This document shows positions 1-9,190 of a stretch of DNA of 64,000 bases, piece after piece; positions within the stretch are counted from its first letter, which is position 1, and each line of letters starts with the position of its first letter. Under the pieces are notes generated by a model. That model had not been told where the DNA came from and searched no databases. It worked only from the letters and a program-made list of their open reading frames with translations. This DNA is from an uncultured Thermoplasmata archaeon (GTDB taxonomy: Archaea; Thermoplasmatota; Thermoplasmata; Lutacidiplasmatales; UBA184). The position numbers and the translations under genes are program-made. The stretch covers positions 95,166 through 159,165 of the forward strand of contig CAVQKI010000005.1 in assembly GCA_963713145.1 (NCBI GenBank), given 5' to 3'.

Positions 1-2683
1 GTGCGTCGCGACTACCTTCAGCGTGGCCGCCGCCGTGAACGAGCCAGAGTACACCGCCGTGTGGATGTTGGGCGCAACGTAGGGGTAGTAGCCCCCGACG
101 ACGTTGAGCACGTAGGTGTAGGTGGTCCCGACCGTGACGTTGGTCCAGGTCATGCTCGAGGCCGTGGTCGAAGCCGTGCCCACACCGTCGACGGTCACGG
201 ACCAGCTGGTTCCAGCGTGCAGGCCCGACTCGGTGAACTTCACCGAGGCCGGTACGCCCACATCGTGGATCTGGAAGTAGGGTTGGTCCCCACCGCCGCC
301 GATCATTGGGTCGACGTTGATGGTCGCGTTGTTGATCCAGGGCGCCGCTGCTCCAACACCGTTAGCCTGGTCGAAGTAGGTGTAGAGACCGAGGGCGTTC
401 AGGATGTGCTCGATCAGGTTGTAGTCGAGAGTCCTCTGGGCTCCCGTCGGCAACCCGCCCGCGATGTTCATGTAGGCGACGGAGACGCCGTACGCAACAC
501 CCTGGCATTCCGAGGTCAGCTGGGCCTGGTGGGACCAGTAGATCAGGTTCGCGTAGGTGTCCGCCGAGTGTCCGCACGCGATCGCGTTGTCGTACGCCGG
601 CATCGAGAGCTGCTCGCCGACCGCGTCCGAGTAGGTGTAGGTCGCATCCGGCAGCGCCATCGGCGTGATGTAGTCCGTCGGGTCCGGATAGTCAGGCGCC
701 CAGCCCAGGTTCCAAATCGGGAACGGGTTGGAGTCCGGTGCCGCGAACAAGACGTCGATGATCAGATCCGTGAACGTCAGGTCGTTCTCATACGGATGAA
801 TCGCGCCGTTCGTGATGAGCACGACCGAGTTGATCCAGAGCTGGATGGCCGCATTCAGCGCGTCCGCGCCCTGCTCCCCGGCAATGGGGAACGCGCAGGT
901 CACGTTCTTGCACTGGGCCAGCTCGGGGTCGTGGTACGGGCTGTTCGTCACGTTCATCGCCTGGTTCGCCCACCAAGCCGCCCCACCGACATCCGCCGGG
1001 TTGAGGTCCGGGTTGGCGTTCGGGAACGAGACGTTCGTCGGGTAGTAGTTACCCATGTGCTGCGGGATCGGTCCGCCGGTGTTCACACCGAACTGGATTC
1101 CGTCCACGGTGTTGATCGAGCTCTCGACCGTCGCGTAAGGGTACGCATAGTCGAACAGCATCCGCGCCGAGTTCGAGCTGAAGAAGTCAGCCGGGATGTT
1201 GTAGGCGCCGGAGAATCCATCGCCAGTGTACGCCGTCGCGCTCGCGTTGAAGTCGTAGGGCCAGAAGAAGATGCTGAGCGTCGGCGAGTAGAACAGCCCG
1301 AGCTTGCCGTGGGACTGCTCGTTGAGGATCGTCCCCGTGTCCGCCTGCTCAAACCCACCTAGGTCGAGGTTACCGGCTTGGAACCCCGTAATCGTGGCCG
1401 AGTCGCCGCCCTGGTTACGTGACGTGGACCGTGCCCTGGTAAGAGCCCGGCGCCGGGTCACAGTATCCAGAGTAGATGGCGAGGCCGCTCAGGGCGTTGC
1501 AGCCGGACGGCTGGACGTAGTTGGGGTTGGAGAAGAGCGTGTAGCCGCTCGACAGGGTGATCGACCCCCAGTAGGGGCCGGATCCGACCATCTCCGCGTT
1601 GACGTTCGGCTGAACGACCGACGGGCCCGTCAGCGCGAGTTCCTCGAAGGAGTCCCACGTCGCCGAACCCAGAGGGGTGTGGTCCGACGTGAGGACCGCC
1701 TGGAATCCGCTCGCCTGTGTGTTGTTGACGTTGCCGGGCAGTTGGCAGGAGCCGTCGCCGTTCGCGGCAGCGGTACCGGGCCAGCCGGGGACCCCGGCCG
1801 ACTCGAAGGTGTACCATCCGCAGGGCACGACGCTGGCGCCCAGGTTGTCGCCGATCAACTGCAGGAAGAACGGCCAGTCTGTGCCCGAGCCGTTCGCGAC
1901 GAACGTGATGCATCCGTGCGCGTGGCTCATGGCGGTCGCCGGACAGTACGTTGAGTCGTTGATCAGGAACGACGAGAGCACGTCGAACGGTGTGTTGTTG
2001 AACGGCGCGTGGATCCCGGTTCAGTCGACCGGCAGTAGAGACTGGGCAAGGATCCAGCCGTTGTTGGCGCCGACACCGGGCAGGTCAGCGAACGCCATCG
2101 TCCGCGCGACGGAGAACGCGACATCGCTGGGGTAGACTCCCCAGTGGTTGCCGGTGTTGGGGTCAAAGAACTGCGCTGCCGGGTCGATCACGAACGTCCA
2201 GTAGATCGGCTGGCCGGAGACGTACCCCGTGAGGTTCGTCCCGTAGTCGGTCACGCACTGCTGAGTCCCGGGCACGCAGGTCGCGAGCGTCGGTACGAAC
2301 GTGGCGGTGTTCGACCCGTTGTAGTTGACCAAGGTTTGGTATACGTTCAAAATCGGCTCGTAACTCACGGTATCATAGGCCACCGCGGGGTCCACTGTAG
2401 TTGCTCCCCCCGGGGCAATGGTATAGACATCCAGCGTGCCCGGATGCGGGCTCGTTGGGATCGCTGGTGTTACGGTCGCCGTCGTCTGTACACTCGCAGC
2501 AGCGGGTACCGTCGCCGCCGACCCCGATGCCGCATGCGCCCCCGCCACAGCCAGCCCCGCGCTGACTGCCGGTAGCGCCATGCTCAGCACCATGATCACG
2601 GCTGCGGCAAGCACTGCTGTTCTCTTTCGATTCACGCTAATTTCGGACAAATCCCGATTCCTCCCAGTAGCTGGGCCACCCAA
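1..2683 (-). pseudogene. Substrate-binding protein of a family-5 (oligopeptide/dipeptide-type) ABC transporter with an N-terminal signal peptide. It is interrupted by an in-frame TGA at 2021-2023 and a frame change near 1415-1420. Its C-terminal part runs off the window start.
   Basis: ORFs 2021..2683 and 1415..1981 are in the same frame and are separated only by TGA. The N-terminus has a signal peptide (MGGPATGRNRDLSEISVNRKRTAVLAAAVIMVLSMALPAVSA). My hand translation of the minus strand from 1419 to 1 gives continuous family-5 SBP-like sequence (NQGGDSATITGFQAGNLDLGG...). Confidence 0.55.
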
Positions 2684-2701
2684 GTGCCCAAATGCCGGCC
2701 C

Positions 2702-2730
2702 CTATATGAAGCTTAAAAAAATCGAAAGGC
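2702..2730. promoter_or_regulatory. AT-rich TATA-like element (cctatatgaagcttaaaaaaatcg) in a GC-rich background. It lies just upstream of the minus-strand SBP gene start.
   Basis: Local AT island about 20-45 nt from the start codon at 2683. Archaeal TATA boxes sit about 25 nt upstream of the TSS. Confidence 0.35.
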
Positions 2731-3252
2731 AAGGACTGGGTCAGGCCCACCGGCGATGGCAGACCCGCTTGGGGCTCGGATTCGTGCGGGGCACGCGAAT
2801 CCGCCGCAGAGGGTCCGGAAACGGCCATCAAGACGCGTCCCGGGGGACTCAACCATCCACAGGATGGCAGAGGAGCTATACGTCACGCTCCGGATAGGCG
2901 GGCCGATTCTTACCACACATTGGTGCTAGGATCGTCCCTCTCGGGCCGCCGACTCCCGACGGAACACGCGGGGTCGGAACGCCGTTCAACTCGGTGCGAC
3001 TCCGGATCGAGGGCTCGGCGTCGCCTGGAAGGGCGATGGATGGATCGCCGCCCGCGTTCGCAACCGGAGATGAGAAGCCTGCCACCCTGCCCTGGGGACG
3101 ACAATCTGCTTTTCCCGGAATGCGAGCGGGGCCTGGCCTCAGCTTTCTTGGTACCATTAGAAGATTAGAAGTGTGTCGACCCGCGGGATCCCTGCTCCCC
3201 AGCGCCGTCGCCGCTCGGGAGGTCCACGGGCGGCATGGATCTCCAGATAGGG

Positions 3253-3359
3253 TGGTGCTCCCGGCGGGAGTCCCCCCAGTCGGACTTGCGCCGGCCGGCT
3301 TTGAACCCGCGTCAGAGGCTCGAGAGGCCTCTATCCTTGACCCACTAGACTACGGGAGC
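3253..3359 (-). tRNA. tRNA-Glu (anticodon CUC) with a roughly 30-nt intron in the T-loop (between positions 59 and 60). The 3' CCA is encoded.
   Basis: The minus strand folds as GCTCCCG-TA-GTCT-AGTGGGTCAA-GGAT-A-GAGGC-CTCTCGA-GCCTC-TGAC-GCGGG-TTCAAA[gccggccggcgcaagtccgactggggggac]T-CCCGC-CGGGAGC-A-CCA. All four stems pair and U8, U33, purine 37, G53 and C61 are present. The T-loop is TTCAAAT only after removing the insert. Confidence 0.75.
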
Positions 3360-3556
3360 GCCGATGCCCCGTAGCGGGCCCCCTCTTTGAGCGTTGCCCT
3401 CAACGCCGCCCGCCGACTGACATAACGGCGGTCCTCACGCCATGCGCCACCGGTTCGGTGCGATCGGCGGCGGACCCTTCCCCGCCAATCGTCGGGCAAG
3501 CCGCGAGCAGGGCCGCTCGGCGAAGAACCTATCTGCGGCGCCGCAGTCTTTGGCCC

Positions 3557-4013
3557 ATGAGCCCGCCCGTAAAGGCCCGCAGCGGCCACATCCTCCTCGA
3601 TCCCAAGCGGTCGTACCGGGACCTGGTACGCGTCTACCCCGACATCCACCGCCGTGTCGTCGAGATGAACCGACCGTTCGTGAAGGAGACGGACCCGCTG
3701 CTTCCCCAGGTGCTCCTGGACGAGAACCTGCGGGACCTGAAGGGCGGCCGCAAACCGGTCGGCTACAACCGGCCAGGACCCGTTCGGCCTCCGCCTGATC
3801 TTTCCGATCATGGACGAGCGCCGTGCGGAGTTCTACTTCGCGAAACCGTCGCGCTGCCAGGAGGTCGTGCAGATCACGGAGCACGTCTCCTCGCTGCTGC
3901 GCCGCCGGGGGATCAAGCACACCGTGGAGTACGACCGACTGCCGCTCGGCCCGGTCCGCGGGCTGCCGGGAATGCCGCCGCCGTCGACCGCGACCGCTTT
4001 CACGACGGCGTAG
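3557..4013 (+). CDS. Hypothetical protein of about 150 aa, with a +1 frame change near 3775-3790 joining the two ORF fragments.
   Basis: ATG at 3557 gives MSPPVKARSGHILLDPKRSYRDLVRVYPDIHRRVVEMNRPF... This continues in the next frame as ...DPFGLRLIFPIMDERRAEFYFAKPSRCQEVVQITEHVSSLLRRRGIKHTVEYDRLPLGP. Both parts have protein-like composition; no family recognised. Confidence 0.35.
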
Positions 4014-4033
4014 GGCCGGCCGTCAGGCGCCCG

Positions 4034-7000
4034 TCAGGGCGGCCGTCGGAACGGCCAGAGCGGGCTCGACGGCGGCATGGGCTGCGGGCCGTCGCCGGTC
4101 GCCACTCCGTCGCGCTGGAGCCGCTTCAGGGCCTCGCGAGCCTTCTCGAGCGCGGCGACATAATCGGTCTGGCGCAACGCCAGCGACTCCGCGAGGAGCC
4201 GACGGGCCTCGGTCGTATCGATCCGTCGCTGGTCCGCGCGGCCCAGGGCGGCGTCGATCAGGAAGTGGATGTTCGTGAGCTCGCGGTGGAGGGACTTCCG
4301 CAGGTTCAGCTCCTCCTCGGTCTTCATCAAGAGACGGGCGGCGTCCAGGAGCTTCCCCGAGCTCGCGAGCTCGTCCGACTCTTTCAGGCTCTCCTTCACG
4401 GGACCGACGGTCACGTGCAGCCCCTCCTCCGCGAACGTCACCTCCGACTGGAGCTCCTTGCGGCGTCGGGTGTACGGCGGCCGGACCGCGGCCTCGAGGA
4501 GGAGCATCGCCCGGTCGAGCGCCTTGGAGGCGTCCTCGAACCGGTTCGCGTCGAGCGCCCCCTTCGCCTCGATGAACGTCTGCATCACGGGGGTCGTGTC
4601 GAGACCGAGCCGCTCCCCGACCCAGAGGCGGTCGCGGAAACCCGCCATCGAGCGGCCCATCTCCTCCCGGCGACGCGCGCGCGTCTCCTCGAGCGTCGCG
4701 TCCAGGAGCTGCAGCGCGCCTCCGAGGTCGCGGCGTTCCTTGAACCGGTCGAGCTGGCCCCTGAGCTCGGCCCGCCGGACCCCGTCGCCGGCGGCCGAAC
4801 CGGCCGCCTTTCCTCCCTCGCTCTCGAGCCGGCGCCAGCGACCGTCGACGACCTCGTCGAACAAGCGACGGCTCGCCGCGTCCGCGCGGGCGAGGGACGT
4901 CCTCAGCCGTGCCCACGCGCCGCTCCTCAGCGCGGCCTCCGCCTCGGTGACGACCGCGTCCAGGGGCTCGACCTCGACCGTGAGACCGCCGGCGCGGCCC
5001 GCCTCGACCTCGCGGCGCAGTTCGCCCAGGGAAGCGGAGAACATCCTCTCGATCGACCACCGGCCCATCTCGGTCGCCTCGCGGGCGAGCTTCATCGCGG
5101 TCGGATAGTGGCCGGCCTTCTCCTCGCTGCGCGCCTCCGCCAGGCGCGCTGACGCTTCGCGCGCTTCCGCGCCCAGCGACGCAGCCTCGCCCACCTGGCG
5201 TTCCGCCGCCGCCATCGTCTCGCGGGCACGACGGTGCCCGTCCCGCGCGGCTTCGATCAGCTCGGAAACGCTGAACGCGAGCTCGAGGGCGCCCGGATAA
5301 TCCTCGCGCGAGAACGAGCGCCTGCCCGGCGCGCAGCGCGTCCGCAGCCTCCGGCGTGACGGTTCCCTCGTCGCGGGCGCGGGCGAGCGCGTGCTCGGCG
5401 GCCTCGATCGACCCTTCGGCGATCCGCCGCTGGAGGTCGACGCGCTCGAGCTCGGTCTCGCTGCGGGCAGCGAACTGGACGGCCTCGATCGGCTTCCCTT
5501 CGTCGAGCGCCATCCGCGCCTGGTGAAGGAGGTTCTCCGCCACCGAGGTGTTCCCGCCCGTCCGGCGCAGCTGGGTGACCGCGGCCTGGAATCCGGCCAG
5601 CGTCTTCGAGACGTGCTGGAAGGTCGCCTGGATCAGCTCCCGCTCGACCGTCCCACCGAGGTCGACCACGCGGGCGTACTCACGGGCCGCGAGCAGGCGC
5701 TCGATCTCCTCGACCTTCGGCCGAAGCACCCCGAGGTCGGTCCGGAGCAGCTCCGCCTGGGCGATCGCGTCACGGACCCGTCGCGCGACGCGTTCGGCCT
5801 GCTCGACGAACCCGCGCGTGGAAAGAAGGGCGGAGCGGACCTCGTCGAGCAGGGCCGCGGCGCCGGTCGGCACGGGGAGGGCGATCCGCCGACGCGCCTC
5901 CGCGAGCGCCGGAAGGATCGGGTCGAGAGGTACCCGGCCGCACGTCCCACGTCCAGGTCCCGCTCGAGCGACCTCAGGTTCTCCTCGAGGACCGGCCGTA
6001 GAACGTTGACGAGCTCCTCGTGGAGGAGCCGAACCCCCTCCCGGGTCGCTGCCGGCGGTGCGGTCGCGCGCTCGGTCTTCAGCTGTTCCGCGCGAGCCTC
6101 GAACGGCTCCATCGGCACCGAGAGCCGACGTCCCTCCTCGAACAGCAGCGACAGCTCCTGGAGGCGGCGCTCCGCGTCGGCCCGGGCCTCCTCCGCGACC
6201 AGCTGCTCCTCGAGGGCGTCGAGCCGCAGCCGCGCTCGGTCGAACTCCAGGGCCCGGAACGCCGCCCGCGCCTCGGCGAGCGCCTCCTCTACGGTCGGGC
6301 CCTCGGCGGGATGGGCGGTGGCCCGGCCCGCGAGCTCCTCGATCTGGGAGAATCGGGACAGCACGTTCTGCGCCGCGGCGCGGTTCCGCAGCGCGTTCTC
6401 CTCGAGGCGGGTCGCCGAGCGGTACGCGTCGAGGTGCCGACCCTCCTTCGCGTCCGTCTGCGCCTTCTCGAGCTCCGCGCGGAAGGCCGAGAGGTCGAGG
6501 CCGGTGGTCTCGAGCTCGACCAGTGAGAGCTTCGCGTGCGACACCGCCTCCTCGCTTCGGAGCAGCTGCTGCTGCTGGGCACGGGTCCGGATCTCCTGGG
6601 ACGCCCGCGACGCCTTGACGAAGTCGCCCATGTTGAAGATCTGCTGGACCTCGTCGATCTGCCGCTGGATCTCGTCGCCCGCCCCGCCCATCGATTCGAG
6701 CACGCGACCCTCGGCCTCGAGCGCCTCTACCAGCGCGGAGGCGTGGGCCGCGAAGACGGCCGCGAACTCCCGTTCGGCCCGGTAGAGGCTGTCGACCGAG
6801 CCGACCAGGTCCTGCTTGACGCGCAGCGTCACGTCGGCGTCCGCGAGCAGTCGGCGCACGGGCTCGGTCAACGCTTCGTCCGGGATGTCCGTGAACCCGC
6901 GCTCCATCTCCTCCACGCGGCGCGCGACGAACGGTCCGGCGGCGGTCCTCACCTCGGCCTCGAACCGGGCGATCTTTTCCGCCGCCTCGGCCAGGTCCCC

Positions 7001-8584
7001 CCGGTCGAGGGCGGCCTTCGCGTCGGCGAGGCCCCGCTCGGATCCGGCCGGCAGGAACCCCCGCTCGCCGGCGAGCTTCCCCACGCGTTCGAGAGAGTTC
7101 CACCGCTCGACGAGGGAGGCGACCGCCTCCTTGCCCAGCTGGCGAACGGTATCGCGGAGCGTCTCGGCCGCGGGGCCGACCTCCGCCCGCTTGATCTGTT
7201 CGCGGATCTTGTGGACCGCCGGCTCGAACGCGGCCGTGGGGAATCCCGCGTCGCGGAACCGACCGAGCATCTCCTCGAGGCCCGCGAGCTCGTTGCCCGA
7301 GGCGTCCAGGTCCTCGGTGAGCCGGCTGACCCGGTCGAGGGCCTCCTGGGCCGCGGCCAGCGCCTCGGAGTAGATCTTGAGACGCAGCGCCTCGCGCGCG
7401 CGGTTCATCGCGACGAAGACGTCCGTCGTGTCGCGGCCGAGGCGCCGCGCGCCGGCGATGCGGGGTCGCACTTCGTCGAGCAGCCCCGCGACGACCGTCA
7501 CGATCGGCTCCTCCGCGCTCCGCGCGGCCTCTGCGAGGATCGGGCCGATCTCGGCGGGGCCGGCGGTCGGCAGCCTCGCGAGCGCCTCTTCCACGGCCGC
7601 CCGAGCGGGCGCGGGGTCGACGCCGAAGTCGGAGAGGCCAACGAGCGACCCGCGGAGCGACTCGAGCGCCTGGGTGCAGCGGGAGCGCAATCCCTCGCCG
7701 GCCTCCTTCGAGGCCGCCTCGATCGCGGCGAGGGTGTCGGGCCATCCCTCGGGGCCCCGGTCTGCCTCCTCCTTGATCGCGAGGTCGAGGGCGCCGGTCG
7801 GGGCTCCCAACTGCTCGGCGGTCGTGCGGAGCTCCTGGGCCGCCCGTCGCACGGCTTGGCTACGCTTGGCGGCTTCGGGGAGGCCCTCGGCGATCTGGCG
7901 TCGGATCGAATCGAGGGCGGCCACGAGCCGATCGTCCGTGGAGGCGTCCTCCGCCGAGGGGAGCTTATGCTCGAAGTCGGCGAGCCGGTCGCCGGTGGCA
8001 CCGGAAAGTCGGGCGAGATCGACCGCTCGGGCCCGGGACTTCTCGAGCCGGTCGGCCGCGGCCGCCCGGATCTGTTCGTCGACCGCGGCGAGGCGGCCGA
8101 CGAACTCGGCCCAGGCCGATTCCGGGGCGGGCTGGGCGAGCGCCGAGAGCTCCGCGGAAAGGGCCGGGGAGATCGGGACGCCCATCACGATCAGGCGGCG
8201 GACGGACTCCTCCGTCCGACGCCGCCGGTTCTCGAGGGTCGCAGGAACGGTCTTTCCGAGGGATTCGAGGAGGGCGCGCGCCTGAATGTCGAGCTGCTCC
8301 CAGTCGGTGCGGCGGTAGAGGTCGCGGAGCTGCTGCTGCTTCTCGGCCAGCCCGGCGGGCGCGATGCCGAGGCTCTCGAGCGAACCGATCCGCTCGTCGA
8401 CCTCCTTCATGGCCGCTTCCGCGACCTGGCGCTTCTTGCGGAGCGCTTCCGCCTTCTCTTGGAGAATTCGGGTCAGCCGAGATGAGGAGAGCGGCCCGAC
8501 GCCTCCCGGGACCGGACGTGCGTCTCCCCCCTCAGCCGGAACCCCCCGACCTGCCGGTTGGGGGAAGTCGGGCAGGGCTTTCAT
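4034..8584 (-). CDS. Very large (about 1500 aa) all-alpha coiled-coil protein of unknown function. Two compensating frame changes (about 5940 and about 5300) split it in the ORF track.
   Basis: ORF 5633..8584 reads MKALPDFPQ... and turns to junk after ...LERDLDVGR. Real sequence continues in the frame of ORF 4023..7745 (RVPLDPILPALAEARRRIALPV...ALRAGQALVLA). It then returns to the first frame (FSREDYPGALELAFSVSELIEAARDGHRRARETMAAAERQ... = ORF 4034..5215). No Walker motifs seen. Confidence 0.55.
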
Positions 8585-8657
8585 GCCCCGCCTTCCTTAT
8601 TAATGGAACGCGGCCGACGCGCGCTCGCCGCCGGGACGAAACGATCACGCCCGCCGT

Positions 8658-9047
8658 TCAGGCCCGGGTGATGCGTCGCCGGCCCATCGCATCGATGTAC
8701 TGGACCTCGCCGCCGGGCGCGAGCTGGCCCTTGCTCTCGGCATCGATCGGAAGGCTGAACGTCTCGTACGTCTCGAGGTCCATCAACTGGACCTCCGCCT
8801 CGGTGAGCGAGAGGACCTGGGCGTTCTTCTTCCCGATCACGGGGATCTGGACCTTGTGCTTCACGGGGAAGACGACGCTTCGCTTCGACCCGTCGAAGAC
8901 CCCGATGGCGTCGATCCGCGCCTTCGCTTCCCCGTGCTTCCCGGGCTTCGAAGTTTGGATGCTGATGATGCGGCAGGGCTCCTCCTCGATCAGGATGTAC
9001 CGGCCTTCCTTCAGCTCCCGGACCTCGGCTTGCTGCGTCCAGGCCAT
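8658..9047 (-). CDS. Translation initiation factor 5A (aIF-5A), hypusine-containing.
   Basis: [56 protein letters not shown]... carries the STSKTGKHG-type hypusine loop (TSKPGKHG). Length is about 129 aa. Confidence 0.85.
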   Translation of the reverse strand: MAWTQQAEVRELKEGRYILIEEEPCRIISIQTSKPGKHGEAKARIDAIGVFDGSKRSVVFPVKHKVQIPVIGKKNAQVLSLTEAEVQLMDLETYETFSLPIDAESKGQLAPGGEVQYIDAMGRRRITRA

Positions 9048-9190
9048 CGAAACTCTCTCCGAGGGTCCGAGCATCGCCGGACCGTCATAAGGGTTGCCAC
9101 GCAGGCCCCTCGAGGTCGATTCCCTCCGCACGAGGGTTTATTCCCGCCCCGGTCCCATCGCGACGCTAGGGGAGCCCCTCTTCGAGAACC

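Noticed and set aside
2021-2023. In-frame TGA as selenocysteine
   Set aside because: The host protein is an ABC-transporter SBP, not a selenoprotein family. There is no Cys-aligned context and TGA terminates other genes here.
2690-3250. RNase P RNA or SRP RNA in the spacer upstream of the tRNA
   Set aside because: The universal RNase P elements (AGGAAAGUCCGGGC, GUAAGAGCGCACC, CGGCUUA) and the SRP domain IV GGAAGCAGCC signature are absent. Only a partial GGTCCGGAA resemblance was seen.
4023-7745. 1240-aa ORF and other very long Arg/Pro/Gly-rich ORFs (1..1362+, 3458..5152+, 5391..6785+, 6536..8485+, 9912..11990-, 15342..17099+, 26880 N-terminal part, 48749 N-terminal part)
   Set aside because: Their composition is typical of antisense or out-of-frame reading of GC-rich genes. 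Each overlaps a gene with recognisable family features on the other strand or frame. Only short internal segments, used here for frame repair, are real.
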